From contig NW_026262734.1 in assembly GCF_021869535.1 (NCBI RefSeq), positions 41,726,001-41,790,000 on the forward strand: a DNA stretch of 64,000 nucleotides, given 5' to 3'. Positions 1-12,500 of the stretch are shown here, piece by piece. The notes beneath the pieces were generated by a model. The model ran no database searches, had not been told where the DNA came from, and saw only the letters and a list, made by a program, of their open reading frames with translations. A program made the position numbers and the translations under genes. This DNA comes from Mytilus californianus. Taxonomy: Eukaryota. Each line of letters begins with the position of its first letter. The stretch's first letter is position 1.

Positions 1-318
1 ATCCCTTTGTGGTATGGAAACTTGTGGTATAATTTCAGAGAGATCCATACACCGTTCCACAAGTTATTATCTGGAAACTAGAAAAATGCTTATTTGGGCC
101 CCTTTTTGGCCCCTAATTCCTAAACTGTTAGGACTATAACCACCAAAATCAATCCCAACCTTCCTTTTGTGGTTATAAACCTTTTGTTTAAATTTCATAG
201 ATTTCTATTTACATTTACTTAAGTTATCGTGCGGAAACCACGTCTTCTGACGACGCTGATGACGACGAGGAGGTGATACCAGTATATGACTGCAAAATTT
301 TTTGCGGTCATATAAAAA
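1..318 (+). mobile_element. 3' part of a Helentron-associated (HINE/pearl-like) element, family A
   Basis: GACGAC microsatellite, 3' hairpin and TTTGCGGTCATATAAAAA end, shared with the copies ending at 16548, 21386 and 33047. Confidence 0.7.
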
Positions 319-485
319 TTAATAGTAATACATCATCAGATCTTGTTTTTACTTGTTGTAACACATGTATAATTGAGCTTATTTTTGGATGTGTTTGTGC
401 TTTATAGTCAATTTTAATGGAAATATTCCCTTCTAATTTCTACTCCAGAAATTTTGAAACTTGTCAACAATTTGTGGTTACTTAC

Positions 486-563
486 TACAAACATACACTG
501 TTGATGCAACAGATGCCCAGTCTTCCCTGTCTGTTATCTTATGTCTGTCTGCTTCTATTGTTA
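486..563 (-). CDS. TPCN1: TPCN1 exon ([25 protein letters not shown])
   Basis: cttacag|TA...A|gtaagt; 78 nt, phase 1/1; position fits the S1-S2 loop and start of S2 in domain II; sequence similarity weak. Confidence 0.72.
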
Positions 564-3500
564 CTGTAAGAATAAAATAAAAGACTTCAGGCTGTTGTTT
601 TGTTTTCAATTGTTTCACATTTGCCATGCCGGCGCTTTTCTCATGTATTTTTTTAGCATAAATCAGGCAATCGGTTTTATTGTTTGAATGGTTTCATATT
701 TTGTCATACCTGACCATTTTTCTTTCTTTGATTTTTTTCGAGCCTGCAAAAGCGAGACATAGCGATCCTACATTCCGTCGTCGGCATCCACAAATATTCG
801 CTCTGTGGTTAAAGTTATTCAAATTTTAATAACTTTCTTAAACTATCCTGGATTTCTACCAAACTTGGACAGAAGCTTGTTTATGATCATAAGATAGTAT
901 CCAGAAGTAAATTTTGTAAAAAAAAAAATCCCGTTTATCCGTATTTTACTCATATATGGACTTAGTTTTTCTGCCAGTTAACATTACATTCACTCTGTGG
1001 TTAAAGTTTTCCAAATTTTAATAGCTTTCTTCAACTGTCCTGGATTTGTACCAAACTTGGACAGAAGCTTGTTTATGATCAAAAGATAGTATCTAGAAGG
1101 AAATTTTGTAAAATAAAATTTCCTGTTTTTCCATATATTACTTATAAATGGACTTAGTTTTTCTTCCAGTTAACATTAAATACAGTCTGCAGTTAAAGTT
1201 TTTAAAACATTTATTAGATTCATAAACCATCCTGGATTCTTACCAAAACTTGAACAGAAGCTTCTTACATTCAAAAGATAGTATCTAGAGGAAAAAGTTT
1301 TAATAATTATTTCCCCATTTTTGTTGAGCCTGCGACTAGCAGCAAAAGTAGGCGAGACACTGGGTTCCGGAGAACCCTTACGAATTTTTTATATTAAATC
1401 GTTTCCCATTTTGTCATGCCAGTGCCTTTTAAAGTTAATTACTACACAGTACATTTATGAAGAGAGAAACAAAGGATTCCTTTCTTAAATAATTTTTATG
1501 GTTTGAATAGATCAATATCTTTTAAATCAAATTTCAAAGACATTCACATTCATTTCATGTTAAAGAATAGCTTCTTGAGTTGGTTTATTGTCAATCAGAC
1601 ACACACACCATCACTCTATCTAACAAACAATGAAACCTACCTGAAATCTGTATAGTTTCTACCAAAATAATCAGGAAGTTGCTAGCTATTGCAAAATCTA
1701 AAACAGGAAAACATAATTATTTAATAGATAACTTGCATCAATACCAAAAGTTAGAAAGGGATCACAGATATGGAAATTTACATCTAATATTCTATTAACT
1801 ACTGGATAAACAACAGCCCTCAAAGTAGGTTTAAAGACAAGGTTGCCTTTTGGCCACCAGATATAAAATTTCAGTGGCAATTCAAAATTTTAGTGGCCAG
1901 GAAATAATTTCAGGTTGCCTAAGAAATTTGTTATGAAAGTCTAGTCAGTAGAGCTAATGACATGAATGAAGAATATCAATAAATTTTCTAATATTTTTCT
2001 TATTCGCTTAATCGTTACATTAGAAGATGTACTTGGCTCTTCAGAAGCCTGAGTTTCTATAGAGGAACTCTCCACCCCTTCTTTTTGTTTCTTAGCCGGT
2101 GAAACATCGTTGTTTTGAAAAAACAGGACAGCGACATCTGTTTGGCTGCCATGATGTATTGGCCCCGAAAACACTTCATCAGACGCTTGAATTCCCAGTT
2201 AAGTTAAGTGCTTTATAGACCCTGTTAAGATTAAAAATACGTGAAATCATATTCAAGATTTAGCATACATTGAAGTGCTTGTATGACTGTGAATAAAAAC
2301 TTCATAAAAAACGACCGGAGGCAGGTAGATTATCTGGAATTTTAGGGTCGCCAGGTCCAAATAGTACCAGTCGCCAAATGACAACCAACAATGAAATTAA
2401 GGTCGCCTGGAGGCTTTATAGGTCGCCCAGGTGACTGTTTTAATAGCCTAAATTGAGGGCTGAACAATGTTATAAATGGAACATTTTTTCATAAACTATC
2501 CCTTTTACTTTATCAAAGTTGATAAAGATGTATGAAATGTCAAAATTTACCTGTCCACGATTAAAGAGTTTTCTTTTAAATATCTGAAAAGTATACCCAA
2601 ACTAATAGAGGTGTAAGGAAACAACTCTATCGGGATACAGTAGGGTACCCTTTATAGTTCACAGCATCACATTTAAAAATTGCCTCAGGTTACAAGGTCA
2701 CTTATAAAGAAATAAATGGAGAATGTGTCCATGGAACCAAAGATTCGGAATTTTTTTTACACAATTTCGGTCATTTTGAGATTTATTTTGTAAATACTTA
2801 ATAATAATAGAAAACCAAGTTTGATCCTTCAACAGTATTCTTATCCCACCTTGAATGGTAATACCAATATAGTAATTGTGTTGCATCATAATTCTGAGAT
2901 CAATCAGCATACATGTATAGTTGTAATGTGCCTGATGTTTTAGTGGTCATAGTGTAATGCAAGTAACTTCTCATTGTGAGCTCTGTAGAGTTTGACAATA
3001 AACCATGTGCATATAAATAAAGTGTGTGCACAGCTCAAAAAATGATGCCATATAATCTACTATTTATAAGGCATTACCGGTTACTGAATACTGTTAAGAC
3101 TCTGCTTGGTATGCATTGACATAAACCCCATATTTGCAAAGAGTGCAGCTACTCATATACCAATTTCTACATTTACATGAATGGATAGTTTGACGATGGA
3201 TCTTATCACTAGTATAGTAATAAGAAAAGTGATGTCGACTTACTATTCTGATTCTCTAATTATATGGCTCCCTAATGTAATAATTAGACAAAACTAAAGT
3301 AGTTAATAATTTCTATTACTAAAAACATAATATCAATATATTTACATACACAATAATTCACTCAAAATTACTCTAGTCAAAAAGATTATACTATATTACA
3401 TAACTTCTTAATACAAAATAACTAAAAACTTATACTTGATTTGGGTTTGGGGCAGACTCAGCATTTTCTAAATTACTGACATAGTTAAACTCGGTGTAGC

Positions 3501-6500
3501 AGCTATTGGAAAGCTATCCCAGCAGAAAAGTAGTTGTTTACTCAGTGCAGCTTAGGCTACAAGAGCCGGAATAACAATGTCAGTAATGCACATGGAAGTA
3601 ATGCTCAGTTAGAGAACAGAAACGAAAATTCAGCAATTTTTCCATTTTGTAAAGGGGCATTACTCTAGAACGTTAAAAGTGACGCCACCCAAATTCAAAC
3701 TTGATCTGTGTTTTGTGGTAACAAGCATTAAGTATAAGTTTCAAAACATTTGATTGAGGCAAACTAAAGTTAGAGAACAGAAACTAATTTTTGGATGTTC
3801 GCATTTATGGACAGACGTACAAAGGTAACACTCAATGCCCCCTCCGCTGCAGCAGGGGCATCATAAAAAATCTTGAATTCAAAATAAACAGTTTTGAACA
3901 TTTGTAAAGGTCACATGTACTTTTAAATGAGAGTCACCTGCCAGACCTCCAAAAGTCGTTAACCTTCATGGAGCCACCACCTCTATACAAGAAAACTTAC
4001 AAATAAATCTTCTAAACCATTTCCATTTTACAAAACTATGTATACCTGTAATAAATAGACATATATCAATACATATTAAATAATTATTTTTAATAATTCT
4101 AAACTGAACCTTAAAAAAAGATTTTTTAAAATTTGAAACTAAAACAAAAATTTCTATAAATCAAAGGTAAAAAGGAATCACTTCCTAGGATTGTATATTT
4201 TTCTTTTTTTTTATAAATATTTTGAGAATAAACTTTTCTATTAAAGATTTGTCTGATGAAGAAAAATTTGATTTTTATGCTCAATCCATCAACACCATCA
4301 CAAGTAAATAAATTGGGGACCTACATCAAAAAGTCATTAGAACAGGGGACTCTGGACTATTTACTATCATCAAATAATTGTATATATATATATGTGTCAG
4401 TTATATTGTATACTTATTTTGTATTTGTCACAACCTTATTATTTAAAGTTTATATGGCAATAAACATTTCAATTGAATTATTTAATTTTTTACATTGATA
4501 TGTCTAGATCTAAGTGTTCTCAGAATCTTCATATTAAGTATAAATTAGGGTACTTTCTCCCTACAATACTACTTTAGCCACCTGTAGTTTGACATAGTTC
4601 ATAATGGTATAGATTGTAAATTTTGTCTGTAAATGTGTGTAAAATGTGTTTTAAAATTAGAAGAATGTGTAGTATGTTTATAAAAATAAAACAATGTGTA
4701 GTATGTTTATAATAAACTGCTTCGCTGGGCGCAGCTGGATACGCCCGCAGAGGTCCAACCCTGAACAGTTGGGGCAAAAATGGACACAATATTCAAGCTT
4801 GATACAGGTCTGAATTTGGATTGTAATTAAATATTTGACATATTATAGGTTTCTGAATAAATGTAGTCAAAGAAATTGAAATTGGTTATATGAATTGAAT
4901 TTATATTCAATTAAAATTTAAAGATTTCTTGCTGTTGTGCAATACTTAGTAAATCTGTTGTCAGACTATAAACAAATAAAGTTTAATTTCTTCTCAATGT
5001 CATATTTGAAATTTATGAAAATCAATAGGGAGATTACATCAATAGCTATAAATAATTCACCAAAGTTTCATGAGAACTGCTGAAAGCATTTTTGAGTTAT
5101 TGTCCAAAAACTGGAAAATCCCCCATTTTTTAATGAATAAAACCCCATAACTCAGAAATGTAAATCTAAAATTTATAAAATTCTAAAGGGAGCTTACATC
5201 AACAGATATAAACAATTCACCAAAGTTTCATGAGAACTGCTGAAAGCATTTTTTAGTTATTGTCCGAAAACTGGAAAATCCCCCTTTTTTTTATGAATAA
5301 AACCCTGTAACTCAGAAACGTAAAATCTAAAATTTATAAAAATCGAAAGGGAGCTCATGTCAATAGATATAAACAATTCACCAAAATTCCTTGCAAGTTG
5401 GTGAAAGCATTCTTGAGTTATTGTCGGAAAACTGGAAAATGCCCCCTTTTTTAATGAATAAAACCCCAAGACTCGGAATCGGTAAATCTGATAGATATAA
5501 ACAATTCACCAAAGTTTCATGCATATTGGTTAAAGCTTTTTTGAGTTAATGTCCGACATGTTGACGACGGATGGACAGACAGACGGACAGACGGTCAACG
5601 GTATACCATAATATGTCCCGTTAACAGGGGTATAAAAAAAATAAAACAATATGTAGTATGTTTATTAAAATAAAACAATGTGTAGTATGTTTATAAAAAT
5701 AAAACAATGTGTACTATGTTTATAAAAATAAAACAATGTGTAGTATGTTTATAAAAATATAACAATGTGTAGTATGTTTAACAATTAAATTATATTTATG
5801 TGGCATAAGGTTTCATTTTTTAAAGTATGGAGGTTTTAATCCATTAATTAGTTTTGGAAAGCCTCTTGAGTGTCTTAAAACAATTTTAATTGGTTTAAAG
5901 AAAAAACAGGGGTCTACTGTCAAACGCAAACGTTTACCTATAACTATGTCAATTTTGTCAAAAATGTGTAAATTACTACATACATGTATTTTTGGTAATT
6001 TCAATAGTATTATGTTAGAGGCTGCCTGTACAACAGCCTTTTTTGGTTTTTTAAGATGTGGTGAATTCACTGTAATGAATCAGTTTGATCCTGAATGTAA
6101 CTTATGCTGTAGTGATATGCAAATCACTGCTGACTGTATTTTTGTAACTCTTAAAAAGTCTAAAACTGATCCTTTTAGACAAGGTATTACTATTCCACTT
6201 TACAAAACAGGTTATTCTATTTGTCCTGTTTTATCCATATTGAAATACAATCAGTTGAGGCAGTCTGTGTACTCTTCTAATACTGAGGCCTTTTTCATCT
6301 CTGAAGATAGGAAACCTTTAAACAGAAAATTTTTCATTTCACATGTCAAAATTTTACTCGACAAATTAGGCTTATCTAGTGACTCCTACAATGGACACTC
6401 CTTTCGAATTGGTGCAGCTACATCTGCTCAAGAAGCCCGTCTTGAAGATCATTTAATTCAAACACTTGGTAGATGGTCATCTAATTGTTACACAAGATAC

Positions 6501-9500
6501 ATTCATACTTCTCCTAATGTTCTTAAAAATGCTCAAAAACAATTAGCAGAGACAGACAGAAGTTAGGTTAAATTGTACTGGCAACAAAGGTTCCCCATTC
6601 CACTTGGGGGCTACAGCTGCTTCACACCTGTATTTGGCCAATTCGATACAAATTCTACACATTAGCCTTTGTATCTTATCCCCCAAGTTTTAATTTTTAT
6701 ATTTATATGAAAAGGGGGATAACTCAATTTTAATTTCTAAAGTGTCAAACAGCTGTTAGTCCCCAGTTTTTCCAAGTTGAAATTTGTTTATGTAAATATG
6801 TATATATGTTGTTAGATTAGAATGCGTAGTTCGTAATAAAATGTTTCTTTTATCCTATTGTTGTTAACATATATAGATTCAAAGTATGATAGAGGTGCTG
6901 GTATAAATCCGTGAGACAGCAAAAAATGAATAGAATCTCGTATACATGTTCTTAGAAGCAGCATCAGTTCAAACTTGGCAATAGTTTATTTAATACTACA
7001 GTATAGGACTTATAAGTTGGTATAGTTTGCTCAGGTCACAATGTTGTTGGTCTTTAAGTTGTGCAAGAAATACATGTAGTAATAGGTTGGTAAGTTCCAA
7101 AGATTGGCTTTCTTAATACATGTATCCAGTTCTATTATTGTGGTATATGACATGAGACATTTACTAGTTTGTTCGTACATGTAGATATCCGTATATTGTC
7201 GTCATTTTACATTAGGAAATAACTGGTCTATAAATGGCAATTATGTATATAATTATAGTTTATAGCTGTTTTTTCCCCCTGGTGCCCCTCTTAAGGAATT
7301 TCATCCGCGTGGTCATTCCAGCCTCACTTTGGTACAATGTACAAGACGTCTCAGATTTCAATAACCTCTTTGTTCCTTTCATGTGCAGAGCATAGTTCTC
7401 GTTTGAAAATTTATATCTAGAATTTCATCACCCACCGCCATCCCCTACAATCGCCTTTGTTGTCAGTGCCTCTGGGGACAATTAATTTTTATAGAAACTA
7501 ATAGTAAATTTTTATGGACATACATGACACTATATATTTCTTATTATTTTTTAGTAGCATTTTTGCGTTGTTTATATTTATTACTTATCCCATGTGTATT
7601 TTTGTTTTATTATCCATGCTAATGTTTGGATTTTTCTGTTGTTGATTTGATATCCATGCTGACGTATAGATTTTTTATGCTTTATTGTCCATGCTAACTT
7701 ATGAAATTTATGTTCTTAATATCCATGCTGACGTATGGAATTCATGTTTTTTCAATCCATGCTGACGTATGGTTTCAACCTGCTTCCACTATCCATGCTG
7801 ACGTATGGATCTATTTATCTTACTATCCATGCTGACGTATGGATCTCTTATATCTTACTATCCATGCTGACGTATGGATTCTTCTTGCCTTTTACTATCC
7901 ATGCTGACATATGGGTTTTACTTGTTTTTTCAATCCATGCTGACGTATGGTTTCAACCTGCTTCCACTATCCATGCTGACACATGGATCTCTTATATTTT
8001 ACTATCCATGCTGACGTATGGATTCTTCTTGTCTTTTACTATCCATGCTGACGTATGGGTTTCACTTGATTTTTCTTTTCATGCCGACATATGTCTCTTT
8101 TTCTTGTCATCTTATATTCATACTAACGTGTGAACTATCTCAGTATTTTATTATCCATGCTAACAAATGGTCTACTGTGCCTTTTACTATCCATACTGAC
8201 GTATGGAAATTCTTTGTCTAAATACTTTCCATGCTTACGTATGGAATTTTTTTTTGTTGCTTTATTATCCATGCCTACGTATGGTCTACTTGCCTTTTAC
8301 TATCCATGCTGACGTATGGAATTTCTTTTGTTTTCACTATTTATCCATATGCTTATGTATAAATTTTTACCATGCTGACTTATGAATTATTCATTTGCTT
8401 TTACGTATGCTGACGTATATATTGTATTGATCTTAAATTTTTGCATCATTAAATTTTGTGCTTACCAATACTAAATCATATGTTTATTCAGTTAAATTAT
8501 ACTTTGGTATGCCAATTCGATACAAATTCTACACATTAGCCTTTGTATCTTATCCCCCAAGTTTTAATTTTTATATTTATATGAAAAGGGGGATAACTCA
8601 ATTTTAATTTCTAAAGTGTCAAACAGCTGTTAGTCCCCAGTTTTTCCAAGTTGAAATTTGTTTATGTAAATATGTATATATGTTGTTAGATTAGAATGCG
8701 TAGTTCGTAATAAAATGTTTCTTTTATCCTATTGTTGTTAACATATATAGATTCAAAGTATGATAGAGGTGCTGGTATAAATCCGTGAGACAGCAAAAAA
8801 TGAATAGAATCTCGTATACATGTTCTTAGAAGCAGCATCAGTTCAAACTTGGCAATAGTTTATTTAATACTACAGTATAGGACTTATAAGTTGGTATAGT
8901 TTGCTCAGGTCACAATGTTGTTGGTCTTTAAGTTGTGCAAGAAATACATGTAGTAATAGGTTGGTAAGTTCCAAAGATTGGCTTTCTTAATACATGTATC
9001 CAGTTCTATTATTGTGGTATATGACATGAGACATTTACTAGTTTGTTCGTACATGTAGATATCCGTATATTGTCGTCATTTTACATTAGGAAATAACTGG
9101 TCTATAAATAGTATGTTTATAAAAATAAAACAATGTGTAATATGTTTATAAAAATAAAACAATGTGTAGTATGTTTATGAAAAATAAAAAAATGTGTAGT
9201 ATGTTTATTAAAATAAAAAAATGTGAAGTATGTTTATAAAAATAAAACAATATGTAGTATGTTTATAAAAATAAAACAATGTGTAGTATGTTTATAAAAA
9301 TAAAACAATGTGTAGTATGTTTATAAAAATAAAACAATGTGTAGTATGTTTATGAAAAATAAAAAAATGTGTAGTATGTTTATTAAAATAAAAAAATGTG
9401 AAGTATGTTTATAAAAATAAAACAATATGTAGTATGTTTATAAAAATAAAACAATGTGTAGTATGTTTATAAAAATAAAACAATGTGTAGTATGTTTATG

Positions 9501-12500
9501 AAAAATAAAAAAATGTGTAGTATGTTTATTAAAATAAAAAAATGTGAAGTATGTTTATAAAAATAAAACAATGTGTAGTATGTTTATAAAAATAAAACAA
9601 TGTGTAGTATGTTTATAAAAATAAAACAATATGTAGTATGTTTATAAAAATAAAACAATGTGTAGTATGTTTATAAAAATAAAACAATGTGTAGTATGTT
9701 TATTAAAATAAAATAAAATCTAAAATTTATAAAAATCGAAAGGGAGCTCATGTCAATAGATATAAACAATTCACCACAATTTCTTGCAAGTTGGTGAAAG
9801 CATTCTTGACTTATTGTCAGAAAACTGGAAAATCCCCCTTTTTTTAATGAATAAAACCCCATAACTCAGAAACGTAAAATCTAAATTTTATAAAAAACGA
9901 AAGGGAGCTCACGTCAATAGATATAAACAATTCACCAAAGTTTTATGCAAATTGGTTAAAGCATTTTTGAGTTAATGTCCGACATGTTGACGATGGACAG
10001 ACGGACGGACGGACAGACGGTATACCATAATACGTCCCGTAAACGGGCATATAAAAATAATGTGTAGTATGTTTATTAAAATAAAACAATGACATTTGTT
10101 TAATATGTTTGTAAAGATATTCCATTATAAAAATGCTGTCAGCCAAAGAAAGTACTTTATAATACTTTGCAATTATCTAGATCTGTTGAGCTCAAACAGG
10201 GTTATTACACACACACACAAAATTACTTACATCTAAAAATTCTGTTGAAAGGATATTTGAAATGTGATGACCAGATAATATTTTCATCAGATTTTAACTG
10301 AAATAGAGAATACACATTCAAAGCTTCATATTTCTAATGTCATACTTTTTGTTTTAAAGGGAGAGAGTGAAGACCTTCAGTAACTTCCTGGTAATTAAGA
10401 ACATATGATAATTATTTTTTTCATAGTGTTCATAATGTAAGAACATTTAACAAAAGTAACTTTAACACAACAATTGCACTAAATCTTCAAGTAAATACTG
10501 ATAAAACTTGCTGATGAAAATTTTTATTTTGCAAAACAATTTATGAGTTTCACAATTCAAACAATCACTTAAATACTTTTTACAGGTTTTTATTCTATTC
10601 AGATTGATAGATTTTTCAGCTTCCATGCACAACTGAATGTGCCATAATCTGTTTTTAAAACATAGCAAAATATTGTACTCTTCCTATATTTACTCATTTA
10701 GATAGCATTATATTTTCTACTTTCATTTTCAAACATAGTTTTCAGATTAAATTAAACAATTGGTTTTGGTTGCCATATCATTGAAGTTTACCTTTAATAA
10801 TTTCGGTGTACATTTTCATTATTAGACAAGCTTTTATGTATAAAAGAAAGTACTGTGTATTTATTATTATTTGTAGCATACCAATTTTCATGGATTTCAT
10901 GGATAAAGGTTAAACATGAATTCAACTGTTCAACTAAGTACAAATTTTCTATAGGCTTGTATACAGACTTTGGCAAAACAACTTATTGAGATATCAAATA
11001 AATTCAAAATTTCCTCAATCCACGAAGATAAATTAAGAGATAACTGTATTGTATTTGAAGCTTTGCGGACATCCTTCGGTAGTTTTACTGTGGCAAATTG
11101 AGTTTACCTGGTGACACATAGCAGAGACAGGTAAACGGATATTTGCGACAGTGAAACTACCGATGGACGTCCACAAAGCTTCAAATACAATACATTTATC
11201 TCTATTCTAATGCAAAATAAACAACTCATTCAATTTTAGTCATTATTTCATTGTAAAATTTTCATTATACGAAAATTCTGCGAAATGATGTTATCTTCTT
11301 TGGCGCCTGAACTAGATTTCGTCATAGGTATGCTTCCAGCGTCAAATGTAAACACCAGGCGTTTTCTGGTATCTTGTCCGCCTCAAAATGTTAAAAAAAG
11401 AAGATTTCTAGGTGCAAAATGTGAGTTTTTTTGGCGTTTTATTGGAGAAATTACATGTCAATACATTCGAGAATTCAAAATTTTGGCTTCGTTAGTTACA
11501 GACAGGGAGATAGAGAATTTTACGCTTATTGTCATCCAATCAAAACCATTGATACAAAATAATTGCATTAGAATAATCAATAGTAGTATATCAGCAATAA
11601 AGTATATAAACTATCATACTTACCATCCACTGCAAGTCTATAGCTTCATATATCTTGTGAAATTCTTCCAAAGTTAATTTTCCTGATGTGCCCATGTTTA
11701 ACATCTTAAAAACTAAATAACCATCTCTTCTACCTGTCAATACAAGAGAAAAGTTTAGCAGGGGACCAGTAGCCCAGACCTTACAATTATTCCATACATC
11801 AAATAAAGTTGTCCTTTTGCTTATAATATCTGAGAATTAATCTTTAGAGTGCAAACTTAACCATGATCCTTGAATCATGAAATGAAGTCAAGGTTAGGTG
11901 AATCCTGTTAGACTGACATAAAGACATTGCAAGGACATTTCTTTGCAGGTGAGACAAAAATCAGGAGATGTGGTATGACTACCAATGAGACAACTATCCA
12001 CCAAAGACAAAATAACAATGATATGAACAACTACAGGTCATCCTGATAGCCATCAATAATGAGTAGAACCCATTGCTTATAGAAACCAGGATGGCAAAAT
12101 GTGAAACAATTCAGAAGAAAAATCAACAACCTGACATTCAGTTATTTCATCTCCGTAAAAAATCAGTTTTTTTTTCAGTGATTAAAATAAACAATCCTAT
12201 GCACTATAATATTCTAGGTATTAAGTTTCTATTATAAAATATCCAAATTTTCTTTGTATTTGACTTACTTTTCTGTGGTCTAAGATGTTTCATCATGCCA
12301 AGAAAATGTTTCAATTTTATAGACTTGTTATCCTACAACAGAAAAATACATCAGTATTATGGTCAGTATTCTTTACAACATATCTTTTCTGGATATTATG
12401 CATATATTGTATATATCAATTCTCTTCACTATTATTCTGCAGAAACATATGGTTAAATTTTTGCTATAAAGCTGCCTAGATAAATTTATTTTGGTACCAA

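Larger units (their letters stand above)
5781..9109 (+). mobile_element. Truncated DIRS-order (Ngaro/PAT-like) retrotransposon with split direct repeats
   Basis: YR ORF, then a 599-bp repeat (6637-7235), a 1275-bp spacer (7236-8510), and a second copy of the repeat (8511-9109) that looks identical by eye. This is the B1-A2-B2 3' architecture of Ngaro-type elements. Confidence 0.8.
4640..10090 (+). repeat. Interrupted 29-bp satellite (AAAAATAAAACAATGTGTAGTATGTTTAT)n
   Basis: Segments at about 4640-4710, 5637-5780, 9110-9715 (about 21 units) and 10057-10090, separated by inserted elements. Confidence 0.92.

Noticed and set aside
5946-6566. Phage integrase or horizontal transfer from bacteria
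   Set aside because: The motifs and the following split direct repeats fit DIRS-order retroelement recombinases; there are no prokaryotic neighbours.
7600-8420. CRISPR array (palindromic repeat with variable spacers)
   Set aside because: Eukaryotic intron context, no cas genes, spacers too short, T-rich, mutually related and partly duplicated. It lies within a retroelement terminal repeat.
10462-10668. Additional TPCN1 exon
   Set aside because: No TPC similarity, and the 11624-to-10297 junction is already in phase and collinear with TPC1.
11285-11677. 130-aa plus-strand ORF
   Set aside because: It spans a repeat element and the antisense strand of a TPCN1 exon, with no recognisable domain.
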